Positions 12,950 to 27,545 of a DNA stretch of 64,000 bases are shown here, one piece after another. The first letter of the stretch is position 1; every line of letters starts with the position of its first letter. Position numbers and translations under genes: made by a program. This stretch comes from Octopus sinensis (Eukaryota): assembly GCF_006345805.1 (NCBI RefSeq), contig NC_043003.1, positions 22,010,001 through 22,074,000 of the forward strand, in the 5' to 3' direction. Below the pieces are notes generated by a model, which saw only the letters and a list, made by a program, of their open reading frames with translations, ran no database searches and was not told where the DNA came from.

Positions 12950-14065
12950 ACATGTTGGAAAATTGATTCCAGTATTTGATTTGCTTATTTTATTGGTCTG
13001 AGAAGGCTGATAGGTAGTCTTGACCTTGGGAGGAAGTTGGCCTTAAAAAAAAAAAAAAAATAATAATGATAATCCTTTCTACTAAAGGCACAAGGCCTGA
13101 AATTTGTGGGGAGGCGTAAGCTTATTTCATAGACCCCATTGTTTCACTAGTACTTAATTTATTGACCTTGAAAGGATGAAAGGCAAAGTTTACCTCAGCG
13201 AGATTTGAACACAGAACATAACGATGATGATGATGGTGATGATAATAATAGTAATAATAATAATCCTTTCTACTATAGGCTCATAGCCTGAAGTTTGTGG
13301 GGAGGGGACCAGTCGATTACATCGACCCCAGTGCTCAACTGGTACTTATTTCACTGACTCCAAAAGGATGAAAGGCAAAATTAACTTTAGTGGCATTTGA
13401 ACTCTGAGCATGAAGACAGATTAAATACCACTGGGCATTTGTGTCTGGTATGGTTACAATTCTGCCAGTTCACTGCCTTACAAATAATAATGATAAATAT
13501 AATTTCTATTATATGCACAAGGCCTGAAATTTTGGTGGGTGGGGATCAAGTCAGTTACCTTATGGTACTTATTTCACAGGCCCTAAAGGATGGAAGGCAA
13601 AGTCAATCGTGGCAGTGTTTGAACTTCGAGCATAAAGATGAAATGCCGCTAACCATTTTGCCCGACATGGTAATGATTCTGCCAGCTCACCACCTTAATA
13701 ATAATAACTATGAAATTTTCTTCTTGTTGAGGCACATGGCCAGCAGGATGAAAGGCAAAGTTGGCCTTGATTGGATATGAATTTGTAACAAATATGGAAC
13801 AAATACTGCATTTTAGCTTCTGTCGGTCCAGTGCTCCAATTGATTTTCATCCATCTGAGGGGTTCAATAAAGTACCTGTTTAGTACTGGGGTTGATATAA
13901 TCAACCGACTTTATCCCTTGAAATTGCTCGCCCTGTGTGCAAGTCACCATCATCATTATTTCATGTGAAGGAACAATTGATTAAATCGATGCCAGCACTT
14001 GATTGGTTCTTTAGCTTACTAGGCCTCGTTACCACCAAAGAATGAAAGGCAAAGTTGACCTGACA
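12950..14065 (-). mobile_element. Cluster of six to seven SINE family E copies
   Basis: Repeated ggatgaaaggcaaagt(c/t)gacc core at about 13175, 13366, 13588, 13750 and 14042, separated by (TAA)n/(GAT)n; one copy at about 13790-13945 is in the opposite orientation. Confidence 0.85.
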
Positions 14066-14574
14066 TAGGCACATTATCATAACTAATTAAGTGCAACTTA
14101 TAATTAATTAATTTAGCATTTAATTATTATACTTTAATTTGTTGAATAATTTATCTAATAGCTCTTATTGACCAAGCACAATCTGTAGACAGACATTTTC
14201 AGTATTTTTGACAATTTAATAAGATCAATTAAATTTGCAGGTCTAGAAAAATCTAGCTTAGTTTCTTCTCCATTTTTAGAAAATTATCCCAAACTATTTT
14301 ATAAATCTTTTATTCCCGTTGTATGGTCTGCATGATGTTTCATTATAAAGTTTATTGTTATATCTTTGTTTCTTCAGATAATAATTCTTATTAGGATCTA
14401 TTAAATTTCTTTTATAAATTCTGTTGTAGCTATTTCAAAATTATTTTATATTTTTTTGTGGGGTTGGGAACAGTTTTCTTTAAATTTACTTTTTGGTCAA
14501 GTCTTATTGCTTTTCTGTTGTTCTTCTCCAATAGCACTATAGTTTGAACACCTCATCATCCTCCCTTCCTCCAT

Positions 14575-14958
14575 CACCTCCTCCAATGTCCACCTTTTCT
14601 GTGCTTGTATTGGCCAGACAGAATTTGTTGATGCCTGTTTTCTTTGATCAGATGCTCTTCCTGTCACCAACCCTCACCTGATTCCAATTGAGGTAATATT
14701 TTCCCCCATAGCTAGACATGTTTTCTGCAAATGACTGGAATGACAACGATGCTTGTTTACTACCATCATGTGGAGTCTAGACAAGAGAACATATGCACAC
14801 ACGCACGCTTCTTTCAGTTTCTGCCTACCAATTCCACTCACAAGGCTTTGGTTGTCCCTGGCTATAGTAGAAGGTACTTGCCAAAGATTTCATGCAGTTG
14901 GACTGAACCCAAGACCACGTGGTTTGGCAGCAAGTTTCTTAAGCACACAACCATGCCA
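14575..14958 (-). mobile_element. SINE family C
   Basis: Reverse tail aatgtccaccttttctgtgcttg..ctcttcctgtcaccaaccctcacctg, reverse head cttctttcagtttc..ggactgaacc..cacaaccatgcc. Confidence 0.85.
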
Positions 14959-15129
14959 GTGCTTGTGTTTACATATAATTTTTTTTAATTCAAGTCTGCT
15001 AATAAATTTAAAAAGAAAGTAGTTTTCTTAAAAAAATTTTCTTTTAAAAAATTAGAAATATGCCAACATATTGTACATGTTTTATCCAGCAGATGTCTTT
15101 TATCTGCATTTTGTATTCATGCCAGTGCA

Positions 15130-15700
15130 GCTTTCCTTCTTACACATGTTGGCTGATATCTTTAATGTCCAGCTATCTTCTCACTTTACTTGCAGCTCTG
15201 CTTTTCACACAAACTAATGTAGCCCAAACAGATAATACTTCTCTAATTTCTCTCCAACTTCTGCAAGTCTTCTACATTCAGTGCTTCTTATATATGTTTC
15301 ATGCAGTCTACATTTGTATGGAGAAAAGGATCCTTTTATTGTCAACAGAGACAGCATCTTCCTGGATTTCTTGATTTCTTCCAGCCTTTTCTTATTTCTA
15401 TCTATTTATTCTAGGAAGGTGCATTATGTGTCCTCCAACCATGTGTTACATGAATTTCCCCTCCACCCATCAGACTACATCTCATCATGTATTACACGTT
15501 TCTACCCCCCGCACCCCAATACCACTTTGTTGTCTCTCCCCTGCCAACTGTGTCATTGCTACCCTGCTGCTCCACTATATATCCATGTCCACCAGTCTCT
15601 GCTTATCGCTTCTCCTCCCCTCCAGCTCATCACTTAGCTTTCCAATCCTATGTACCACTCCACTTACATTCACCTCCTTGTACATTAAGGGTATGCCCTG
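15130..15700 (-). mobile_element. Old RTE-clade LINE relic
   Basis: Minus-strand LSLLTIKGSFSPYKCRLHETYIRS resembles the RTE LPLLxTKGLSLRVKGRLY segment; many stops. Confidence 0.4.
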
Positions 15701-15854
15701 GCACATCACTACCATCTTCCTCTCCAATTGGGGTAGCCATGTATCTCTTGTACCAGCAAGTCATGTGTTTTTGTTCCTCTTTTGTAGTTTAATCTCTCAT
15801 TACCTGGCACAAAGCTTCTTCCCTCTGTATATCTCTCTCTCTCTCTCTCTCTCA

Positions 15855-16056
15855 GTTGAGGGATCTTTGTCTTGCATGTTACTTGGCGACCTCACTGCTG
15901 CTGGTGTCACATAAAAAGCATCCAGTACACTCTGTAAAGTGGTTGGTATTAGGAGAGGCATCCAGTCAGAAACCATGCCAAAGCTGGCAGTCCTCTGGTT
16001 TATCAGCTCTTGTCAAACCATCCAACCCATTCCAACATGGAGAACGGACATTAAAT
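15855..16056 (+). mobile_element. SINE family B
   Basis: aaagcatccagtacactctgtaaagtggttggtattaggagaggcatccag..ccaacccattccaacatggagaacggacattaaa. Confidence 0.85.
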
Positions 16057-16725
16057 CGCAATTGTCTATATATACATCATGTAAATTTTATACAACTGTA
16101 ATTTTAGAAGCTGTATATGGTTAATACATATCTATTTTTATTAGCTTACCATTTTTTAAAAACACATTTTGATCAATATTACAATGATGATGAGGATAAT
16201 GATATTTATGTACATAGATATGCATGATTTGTTGAATTATATTTTCAACAGGTTCCAATGTATTTCAGCATTGTATTTTATCTACAAACTACTGTTCAAA
16301 AGGATGACCAAACCTACTTAATGTAAGAGTCACCCTGGATAAATTTCAGATGTTTATTTGAGAGCTGCAAGATATAAATGAACTTTGCACTTGTTTATAT
16401 TTTGACATATTTTGTTACAAATATGTTATATAAATATTAAGAAATACATGTATGCGATAATATTTATCCATGCATGTAGTTTTTCTTTCTTTTTTTTTAA
16501 ACTGCAGCATTGAATTAATTTTACAAAGCATTCATACCAGATGTTTTCATAAACTTGACTATATTTGAAATTTTCACTATATCAAGGCTGTTTGATAAGG
16601 TGATGCAGTACAGGAACATCTAAAAGAAATATGCAAATTTGCATTTCATTAACATGAAAATTAGACCGAGTAAAATAAAACGAAAAAAGAAATAGCACTC
16701 ACTCACTCACTCACTCTCTCTCACA

Positions 16726-16756
<31 letters not shown>

Positions 16757-16949
16757 GTGCACAGAGAGAGCGTAAATATTGATAAAGATATGTTTAAAAA
16801 AAGGTAAGTTAATAAAATTAGATATGTATTAAACATAAACACCTTCCAAAATTACAGCCTGATAAGATTTTCATGACATATATATATATAGACAATGTGA
16901 CAATTGTCAGACTATGAAAGCCACTATTTGCTACTAATATTGGTGTTGT

Positions 16950-18600
16950 TGATCTCCAGCTTGGCTGTGAGTCATTGAAAATCTGGCCAATACATTACCA
17001 AGGCTGTATAAATTAGCTCCATCAAATGTTTATTTGTTGCGATTGCACAATACTTTGACTTCACAAGCTTCATTACAGAATACAATGACTCAATGTATAT
17101 GAGGTGGTTTTTTTTGTTTTTGTTTTTGCGGTGAGATGGTCTCAGTGCAGGAACTTACTTCGAGAACTCAGTTGTAAACCAAGATTTGTGGATCAATTTT
17201 TGACCCATGTTCTTCGGTTATTCCATTAGTAGTTCCATTTTTACAATTGGAAGATTAGTTGACCATCAGTGACCACATCAATCATGAATGGATTTTTAAG
17301 GAAGGCAAAGAAAGGTCAAAGTCATCAAAACTGTTGAAAGTATCAAACAGTCCTAATTTGTTCATGTTTTCTTCTAGTTTGTGGTCATCTATTTCAATAT
17401 ACATAATTTTCTTGCTGAAATTAGGAAAGTGGTTGAACTGTCTTGGCAATATGTCCCTTTGAAAATTTTTTATCTTGTTCTCAAAGCTGAAAATTGTCTG
17501 AGTAGTATCAGAAACAGTGTTATCCTTCCCATTTGAATGCCAAGTTGAGAATTTGCAGATCATTCATTACTTCGTTTCTCATTTTCCATGTATGGCTAGG
17601 TAGAATCCACAGACCTGAACACATTATTGGTTGACAGTCACCTAACATTGTAGTAGAGAGAAGCATCACTGGATTTATCTTCAAGCATCAGATATTCATT
17701 AAATTTCTGAAACATTAGTGAATTTTCCTCTTTAAGCATAGGCAACTGACAATTTTGGAGACAGATTTCATAACACCTTTATACTTAAGGTATCTGGCTG
17801 TCATATTATTCATGATGAATAATGCAATAGAAAGAGAGAAACTGTAGCTAGCAGGGTCACTTTCCATAAGTACCATTAATCCTTAATTTTCCCTACCATG
17901 ACAGTGCTCTCTCTTATATAAGTAACATTGATGGCTTTATTCAGTGGAACATCAGCATATTTTTAAAGCTCTGTCCAGCTCATTTTTAATTAGAGAAAGA
18001 GAGCATATTTTCATTTTGGTTGCCTGCATTTTTCTCTTTACCTAACTCTGTTCCTGTTTAATCTGGAATTTTGCAGTCTTTCAGTTTTGTTGCATACTAG
18101 TTCAAAGATTAATTAAGAGGGTGGGGGAAGAAAAAGCAGGGAATTAGATGTCTGCATATATACATGTGTACATACATGCACATGCACACAATAAAAATAT
18201 TCAATTAATAAACATTTGTACATACAAATAATGTACTTCCATATTTTGCCCACTTCTTTTTGGTATCACTGTATTTTGGATGATTTTGTTGAAATAATCA
18301 AATAATCGGCTGTTACCCAAAGTTAACCCAAGATATCCCTTTACAAGCAGTTTGTTGATATAACTAATCTTTCCTTTCCTTCATGGTATGTGCAGCCATT
18401 TCAGTATGATCTCATTGATGATTGTCAAAGTACTGCATTATGTCATGGGTATTTCTGGGTTGGCATCTGTTGAAGCTGCATACAAACATACTTTCACTAA
18501 CCAAAACTAAACTGTACTGTTCCCATCATCGTATTTCCTTGAATGTGGATTCAGCATACTTGTTGATCTGTTATACAGGAAGTAAATTAAAGCATGAGAT
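16950..18600 (-). mobile_element. hAT (Buster/SPIN/Charlie-like) transposase pseudogene
   Basis: Ordered minus-strand motifs: FLSFYCIIHH (CxxH, about 17812-17840), YYNVR*LSTNNV (RW motif), NGKDNTVSDTTQTIFSFENKIKNFQRDI..FNHFPN (ORF 17282-17563), ESLYSVMKLVKSKY (dimerisation region, about 17060-17100). Stops and frameshifts throughout. Confidence 0.85.
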
Positions 18601-18859
18601 CCAAAATGAGGAGACCTGATATTGACCAGATTACACCCTGGCTGACTACAAGTAGTTTGCAGGCCAGCATCAGCTATGAGGCTCTCATTGACAATTTGGC
18701 CACGTTCGTTATGTGTCATTAGTGTACTTATTAATATTTAATAAATTATAGTGATATAAGGCTGTAACATTAATCATGTCATAAATTAGTACACGTTGTT
18801 AGTTAAATACATTCTAATTTACTTTTAGCAATAAACAATATAAAAGAGGCAAAGTTGTG

Positions 18860-19050
18860 TGCGTGACTGTTTTATTCTGATACTAGGATAATGGTGTTCT
18901 GTGTTGATATCTTGTAACTTAGTAGTTCAACAGAGATCCGTTAAGTACCTTTCTCAAGGAAAAATTAGCACTGTGGGTCATAGGATCTATTGTAACCCTT
19001 CAAGGTAGTGCTCCAGTATGAATGCAGCCAAATGACTGAAATACATAAGA
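18860..19050 (+). mobile_element. SINE family A 3' part
   Basis: ttgtaacttagtagttcaac..gtgctccagtatg..aaatgactgaaa. Confidence 0.7.
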
Positions 19051-19417
19051 CTGTATGTGTATGCAAGCACACATGTGCTTGCATGCGTGTGCACACATGC
19101 ACACAGTGATCCTATGTATTGTAGTGTTTAGCCCCCCTAAAATTCTTGCTATAATGTGAAATCTCTTAAACATATTTTCCTAATTTTTTTTTTTATGTTC
19201 ATTGACTTCCTTGTGAACTTAGGAATCTATGTTTGCAGTGTTGTTGCTTGTTTGTAGTTACATAAAATGATATTCCAACAGAGCACATTTCCATTTCAGT
19301 CTCCTGATTCTTTTCTTGCTTCTCTGGTTGGAATTTTTGCAGTTTTACAGTTGTGTTGCACTCTAAAGAATTAAGAGAAAATAGAAATTAGATATTTGCA
19401 TATGTATTTGCAAACAT

Positions 19418-19757
19418 AGGTGCAGATGTGGAACATTGGGCAAGTTTCTTTTACTATATCCTTGGACCAACCAATGGACTTGGTTGATAGAAACTTTGAG
19501 TTGGAATATGTTTGTGTCTCCCTGTCTTGACATTACATGATAGCCGTAAATGAGGGTTATTGTCTTTCAAGCAGTGTCAGTCATTTCCAGTATTCTGCAT
19601 AAAACATGCTTATCTGTGGGCAAGTATTACCTTGTTTAGAAGCAGGTGAGAAATGGCAACTGGAAGGGCATCTAGCTGTAGAAAATCTACTTCCAACAAA
19701 TTCCGTCTGCCCCATGCAAGCATCGAAAAGCAGGCATTAAAATGATTATGATGATAA
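19418..19757 (+). mobile_element. SINE family C
   Basis: ttgggcaagtttctt head remnant; ggaagggcatctagctgtagaaaatc..gcaagcatcgaaaagcaggcattaaaatgattatgatga tail. Confidence 0.8.
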
Positions 19758-20927
19758 CGTATATATACCCCATATATGCAAATAATGTACATCTATATTG
19801 ACATAAATGCATAAAACGCACTGATACTCAAATTTATTCCTGTAGGTGTATCACAAGATGGTAATATATAATATTCTCAATGATACTTTATTTACAAAAA
19901 AAAATTTTTTTTAGAAAGAAGCTGAGAAATTTATGTATGGATTTTGGAGAGTTTTTTGGGAGAGAAATACATAATCTCTTGAAAAAATACATAACATATC
20001 AGTATTTATTGACTGTTGAATAAAGTTTGTTTTGATGTTCTTGGTTTTTATGTGTACATTTATTAAATGGAAGCTTTCTTCAGATGGTATTTTGTAAATA
20101 ATGAGTTTACAGCAAAATAAAAAATATTGCACATAACATAATGGTCGTGGTGGTGGTGGAGAATTGTTGTAGAATTAAGGTAGTAAAAAATAAAACTGGA
20201 ACTAGAATCTGAATCTTTTGAACAAGAAAGACTTTATTTTGAAAGCATTTTTGCTTTTAAAAGCATTTGTATTGGGATTTGTCTCTCTTCTCATGATTGA
20301 TGTTACTAAAATATGAATGAAGTGTGCAGAAGATAGTAGAAACCATCAAAATTGCACAGTATTGGAGTCATATGCTAGACCTGCAACTTTTTTTATTTAA
20401 CTATCAAAGTATATAATACAAAATTATTCACATTGATATTGGTTTTTATCATTTTAGCATTAAAGATATTTAACTCATTTTTAAATTTGTGTATTAACAT
20501 TGGTGTTAAGCAGTAATTTTCAAGTTAAAATACAAAAAAGAAATCGTTTACAAATATTTAGTGAGAATTTATTGCCATTAAACTGCTTATGTGAGAATTT
20601 AAGATTAATGTTAACTTCTTAAAACAACTAATTTTGTTTGCTACTGAGATGTGTTTCATTAAAAATAGTTAATGTAAGTCTTTAATTAGTATATAAATAA
20701 CAAAAAATATAATACTCTGAGATAATGAAGCAGACATGTAAATGTTATTTTGTAAATAACATTTTTTTTACCCTTCAATGAAAGTGTAGAATTGTACATA
20801 ATGTTTAAATAAGGCAGCTATACACAACACCTCATGGAAGAGCTTTATAAAAAGGGAGAAGAGCTTTATAAAAATTAAGAGTTGATTTAATTTTTGATAG
20901 TTTTATCAATGAAAACTAGGTGAGATC

Positions 20928-21350
20928 ATCATCATCATCGTCGTTTAGCGTCCGTTTTCCATGCTAGCATGGGTTGGACGGTTCTACTGGGGTATGTGAA
21001 GCCAGAAGGCTTCATCAGGCCCAGTCAAATCTGGCAGTGTTTCTACGGCTGGATGCCCTTCCTAACGCCAACCACTCCGTGAGTGCGTGATAACAGATGG
21101 TGGGCTCTCAGCTTTAGCACAACCTGAAGGTCATTCATTGTCAGCATTATGTAATGACTCATTTCCATGCCAGCATGGGTTGGATAGTTTGACAGGATTT
21201 GGCAAGCCCCAGGGCTGTGTTGAGCGCCAATGTCAGTCATTCACATGGTTTCTATGGCCGGATGCCCTTGCTAATGTTAAATACTTTACAGTGTGAACTG
21301 AGTATCTTTTGTTTTTGTATCAGTAGCATTAGTGAGGTCACCAAGTAACT
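20928..21350 (-). mobile_element. Two adjacent SINE family B copies (young 20928-21095; older 21150-21350)
   Basis: The first copy is near-identical to 58300-58471 with CpGs intact; the second begins atttccatgccagcatgggttggatag. Confidence 0.88.
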
Positions 21351-22039
21351 TGTAAGACAAGAAGAGAACAGGTAAAAGCTAAAAGAAACACCAATAACAA
21401 AAAATAGTACCAATGTCTAATGAAGACAATTTGACTGTTGGAGCTATTTTTAATACAATGAAGTCAAGGAGCATTTAGCTTTCAGGTTGTTTCTCTTGTG
21501 AAGCATATACAATATCATTTAAAAGTTGATTTATTTAAGTATTTTTCTTTTTACAACTGTCTGGAAAAAGTTGTTGTAGAATTATATGTATAATATATAA
21601 AATTAAATTTCTCTACAAGTGAAATTTTTGTATGGATTCCACTTACTATTTCTTTCACACACTTTATTCATGAGACCAAAATAACCATGCTGATAAGGCG
21701 AACTATTTTATTTAGTCCAATAGAAAACCATAATTGATGTACGTGGAGCGTTTTCCTGTGAATATTGCCACTTTTCATAATGATTAAATTATGAATAAAC
21801 CATTTTCCAACTCTATATTCTTGTAATCACTCACATTAACACATTTCATTTTCCCCCTTAAATCCATGTTGGAGGTAATTTTTTTATATTTATTTCTTCG
21901 TTTTTGTTTTTATTTTTATTTTTAGTCGGTTAACTTTAATAAATGGTTCCAGTAACCATTCATATTTACTTAATAGCTTCATTCTTATTTTGTCTGCAAG
22001 CATTTCAGCAGTAATTGAACTTCATTTTCTTCTTAGTTT

Positions 22040-22089
<50 letters not shown>

Positions 22090-25087
22090 CACACACACAC
22101 ATACATACATATATAATGGGTGGGGAGGGAGGAAAGTATATTGTGCTGCTTCTCTGTAAATCGCAAAAAAAAAAGTATGCTAAAAAAAAAGGCTAATATC
22201 CTTTTCTGTTCTTATTGTGTTTATTAATAGAAAAACTTATACCATGCTGTTAGGAAGAAAAAGAAAATTCTTTATTTCAACAATAATAATGTATTTTAGC
22301 TGATTTATCTCAGTAAATAATTCTTGACTGGAACAAACATGCACATGTATGCACGAGCACATACACGAATGAAAATATTTAGATTCCAATCAAATCCTTG
22401 TGACCTTACAATCTTGTCTGTCCTCGTTAAGAAAGTGACAGCTGGCTGAATCAAAGGTATATAAACTTTCTGTTCAATCCCCATTCATAACTTTGTCCAC
22501 AAGAAAGACAGAAGACCAGATTATTGCCTATGCAGCAGGTGCACAACAAAAACGACAAGGATTTTATTAACTTGCAGTGATGGATTCAAATTATCCCAAA
22601 AGCAAGGCTTAGATAATAGATTTAGCATTCCAAAGAGAGATAATAGATACTTCACATACTGCCTAATGCCTTGAACACAGTGTTATCTATCAAGGTTGAT
22701 GGTAAATCTTTTGGTTGAAGGGTTCGGTTAGTACTTAGTCTGGAGGATATGACACAGTTGAGACTGCAGAAGTATTTTAGGGCAGTTTTGTTTAGAAAAC
22801 TCATTTAGTAGTGATGTGGTGGTGGCATGTGAAAATCTTCAAAAATATTGGTGATTGAAAGCTTGTTTAATTATCATTATTTTGAAGCTACTTGACTCAC
22901 TGTTTTCTTAGGCAGATCTGTTGAGTTTTCTTAGATGCAGTTATTGTGTGTGTGTGTGTGTGTGTGTTGCTTTGTTCTCAATATGTAAGTGGTAGACAGA
23001 TGTCAGTGACCTTTCACCTTATTGGATAGAGTAGTTCCTAATTTGGGGATAGCTTTGTATATGGTTTAGTGTCAGAATTAGCTAAAATTTTGACAGTAGA
23101 TCCAACTTTTTTTTTGTAATATTTCCAATTTATATGTTTATCTTTTGGATCACCCCCCCCCCCCTCCATTTAATCAATGCAAGATTAGAATTTCTTTTTA
23201 CCCCATTATTGTATAAACAATCTATATCCTGCACTTCGCTCATATTCAACACTCTTCAAAAGCATCCTAACTAGTGTCCTTTTGTCATGACCTGGGCTCT
23301 GTCATGATATCCATATACCTAACTGTTCTTCAGTTACTTCCCTCTCAAATCTAGTTTCCTTACAATGGTTTTATTCCTCCGAGAGAAGAGGGGACTGGCA
23401 TGCATACAATGGAGATGGTTGAGTTTGAACTCTCTTGGGGGATGTTATTCTTGCATCAGAGAGGGTTGATATTTTAAATTAGTTCATGAGCACAACAGAT
23501 CCAAGCAAATGCAGATTTCTAGAAAGTTATACAATTCGGAGTTAGACTGAAATTAAGAATAACAATAAGATGGGAAGGGTGGGAAAAAAAAAAGAAGGAA
23601 AAGATTACAAACAATTATTGATTGCAATTAATGAATATAAGATTTTTACATATTTCTGTTTAAAACCAGTTTTTAATTATTATTATCATCACTGTTGTTA
23701 TTATTGTCATTGTCAACTTTTGCCAATGTCATCAATGTTACTAAATCTACTTTTCTATGCCAGTATGAGGTTGGATGAGTCAGCACAATAGCATACATCT
23801 TTGCAATATTGCTAATCACTATGGTAATAGGCGTATTTTATATAGCAGTTCTCAGTAATTTATTATTTCTCTTTTACTTAATTTTGCATTATTTTGTCAT
23901 AATTTTTAAGGAAGCATTTTGCTGTTTGTTTAAAAAATTCTTGTTGACAAAATGTAATGCACACTAATTTGACAATAAACATGCATTTGGTGAGATGAAA
24001 GATCCCCTCCTCTTTCCCACCTCCTATGCAAATCCTACTTGATATATTCCTTTTAATTGTCATATTTTCACAAAGTTTTTATTGGAAATGAGTCAGTATC
24101 TTTTATACTATATCAACCTGAATAAACCAATTGCTAAGTGTATATACAGAGAATCCTGTAGAAAGAAAAAAAAAGAAATCATTGCTGTTTTTCTTCCAAG
24201 TTAAAGGGGAGAAAAATAAAATAAACTAATTTGAATTAGTCTTTGTCAGAAAGCCGTTTGGGAATTTTTCTTACTATTTCTTACATAGACTTGCTTATCT
24301 AAAATATTTGTATGCATTGTTTAACCTCTCGGAGACCAAACTTGCAGCTGATCGAATTTCTATCTGTTTAATATTTATAACAGTAAGTTACAAGCATCTT
24401 GGCCAGTATAGTAACAGAGATCTGAAATCTTGTCATATCCATTATTAATTAATGTGCTTCCTAAAGGTGCATTCTCCTCTTCTGTGGTAGGTGAGCAGCA
24501 TTTGGAACAACATACAACTAACTGAATTTCATATTCAGTTGTAGCATTTGATATATCATATCCAAATTTACAGAACTAAATAACCCATACTTACACAAGA
24601 GAAGAGGTAATTTAAAATGCTGGTTTGTTACTACATCGGTAGTATACATTTGAAAATACAAATGACCACACTAATTGTATAAGTTTCCATATTTTTAATT
24701 ACCCAGAGTATTTGCATTTACATATGTACAACAATTATTTGAATATAACATCATACAAGAAATATTGAATGTGATAGTAACAAGTCTTCATTGCTTAAAC
24801 ATTTAAATTATTTATATGAAATTCTTCATGATTACTAAAGACCAATGAAGTAGAAAAAAAATGAGGACATCTTATCAAAAATCTGACTGAGTTCTGTGTA
24901 GCACCTGAGACTTTTCTGGTTTGGAATCCAATATTTCAGTATTTATAACATTCTGTCAAACTTCCAAAACTTTTGGCTGAACTACTTAGCGGGAAAATTT
25001 ATAAAACTTACTTTCAAGTCTACCACTATTTGGTTATGCACCATCCAGTGCACTGTTTTCTATCTCTTTTATAAAGTCTTACCTGTC

Positions 25088-25451
25088 TCTTTTACTCTTT
25101 TGTTTCAGTCATTTGACTGTGACCATGCTGGAGCACCGCCTTTAGTTGAGTAAATTGATTAGTACTTATTCTATCGGTCTCTTTTGCTGAACCGCTAAAT
25201 TATGGGGATGTAAACACACCAGCATCGGTTGTCAAGCAATGTTGGGAGGACAAACACAGACACACAAACATATACACACACATATATATATATACTATGG
25301 ACTTCTTTCAGTTTCCGTCTACCAAATCCACTCACAAGTCTTTGGTCAGCCTGAGGCTATAGTAGAAGACACTTGCCCAAGGTGCCACGCAGTGGGACTG
25401 AACCTGGAACCATGTGGTTCGTAAGCAAGCTACTTACCACACAGCCACTCC
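25088..25451 (-). mobile_element. SINE family A, full-length and well preserved
   Basis: ctcttttactcttttgtttcagtcatttgactg..gacacttgcccaaggtgccacgcagtgggactgaacc..cttaccacacagccactcc. Confidence 0.93.
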
Positions 25452-26665
25452 ATCTACTTGTTCACTGGTCAGATCTAGGATGAATTTTTCTACTGCTGTT
25501 ATCAGATAATAATTTCTTACCCCGGTTTTGCATTATTGCATTATACAATACCAGAAATTGAAAATGCTTTCAGATTTCACTCATTCCCCTATTTTGTCAT
25601 TCTTTTCCCCCCAACAAATTTACTATATGATGCCTCACTGTTCTCATAGGGCAACTTAATCTTTCTTCCATCCACAGTTGATAAAGTAACAACTAATAAT
25701 CCTACAAAGGCTAATTTTTAATTTATAAACGACACTCATTCCTTTCAAGAAAAGTGGAGTTTACTTTCTGTTTCATCAAATCTCAGTAGCTAGATTTTTC
25801 CATCATTAACTATGTTATCTTCACACCATCCCATACATTTTCTAACATTCATTGCTTTTATAATGAGACACTTAAGGAAATAAAATCTGCCCCAAACTGA
25901 AATAGTCCTTTCTTTTCTTGAGATTAGCATCTATCATTTCATTGCACTTTACCTCTGGATTTTGTTTTCATTACACCTGCCATTGCTGCACATTCTTAAT
26001 TGTCTGTGGTTTTATAGTATATGATGTAATTAATTTGGTGCACAAACTGCTAAGAAAGATAATTGGCTTGGAGCTTTATGCGTTGTTTTATAGTTAAAAC
26101 TCCAGATTTCAACAAATTATCATTTCATTCCTCCAATGTCCATGAAATAAATAGATAAATATCATAGTGAGAGTAAATGTATACGGAATGGATAGTGTAT
26201 ATCAGTAAATAAGCGATTCATGTATGAGCTACTAATATTCTACCATAGTTTTTTTTTTTTTTTTTAATAGCAGTCCAACTCAAAAAGGTTGCAGCACTTT
26301 TAAATCAAACACTTTGCAATTAAAAGTGGTGCACTTGCTCTAAAGATCTGCACCATGCTATATTGCCTTACAGCTTGGGGAACAGAACTAGTAAGAGTGA
26401 GATGTCTTGACTGTGGCTGCAGCACAAGTCTCATTTATGAGGTTGATTCTTTTTTGGCCAGCAGCCCAACACTAGTGATGCAGCTACTGTGACTTTGTAA
26501 AAGGTTAAAATCTTTAATTATAAAATAAGTTAGCTCTTGTAATAATGATGATAATAATAATCCAAAATCAAATGGAAATTTTACCTCAGAATCCTTAGAA
26601 ATTCTAATACCTTACTCTATTATTAACTGTTTTAAAATTAAAAACATGCCAGTTAAATGGACTCA

Positions 26666-26722
<57 letters not shown>

Positions 26723-27333
26723 GTATATTATGTCCCATTCACAAAGCCAACATTAACCGATTTGTAGGGCAGTAAAGGTGTTGTAGAAAGGTAGATTATT
26801 TGTTGACAGGGTGTTAACTCCTGTTTTGTATCTCATGTTTCTGGGATCAAATCCACCAATCAGTAAGGCTTTTTCATTATACCTGAGATTGATTACATAG
26901 CAAAAAAGAACCAATATTATGATGACCCTTTTAGAGAAGAAAGAAAATAGGAAAATGTTTTGAAATGCTAACTCATGCTAAATGACTTGTTTTAGAATCG
27001 TGGATGAGAATTTTTCCTCTATTAGAGCTGTCTGTTGTCTTGACGACTTGATCTCTGAAAATATTCCATGTAGGATTGAACTAATTATTCCGTTTACTGT
27101 ATTGACAGTTGATATTTTGAATCTCTTCTAGTTTTCATGTTGATATCTAATTTTTTTGCAAATAGTAACTGTGAAAAGTAATAACTTGGCTGGCCATTCT
27201 TTTCTATGCCACACATTTGGTTAAAATAAGCCAATGGAAGAGGAGGAGCAGTGGCCATGTAACCATTAGTTCCTCTCAGACTGTTGGGTAAGGTTGTTCC
27301 CCCACCTGACTAAAGACTTGTATTGTTGACATT

Positions 27334-27545
27334 ATCATCATCATCATCAGTCCATGTTCTATGTTAGCATGGGTTGGACATTTTGACAGGATCTGATGGG
27401 CTCAAGGACTGTATCATGCTCTAGTAACTACTTTGGCATAGTTTCTATACTCAAATGCTCTTCCTGATACCCCCTATTTTACAGCATCTACCAGGTGCCT
27501 TTTCTCATGCCACCAGCACTAGTGAAGTTGTGATGCAGCTTGCAC
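27334..27545 (-). mobile_element. SINE family B
   Basis: (cat)n..tagcatgggttggacattttgacagg. Confidence 0.75.

Noticed and set aside
12950-14065. CRISPR-like repeat-spacer array
   Set aside because: Units are divergent 150-220 bp SINEs found elsewhere in the window; eukaryotic context; no cas genes.
17282-17563. GTF2IRD2/EPM2AIP1-like domesticated gene
   Set aside because: Catalytic-region motifs are broken by stops and frameshifts.
25330-25451. tRNA gene
   Set aside because: A/B-box-like head is fused to a SINE body; no complete cloverleaf. The same applies to the other SINE heads.
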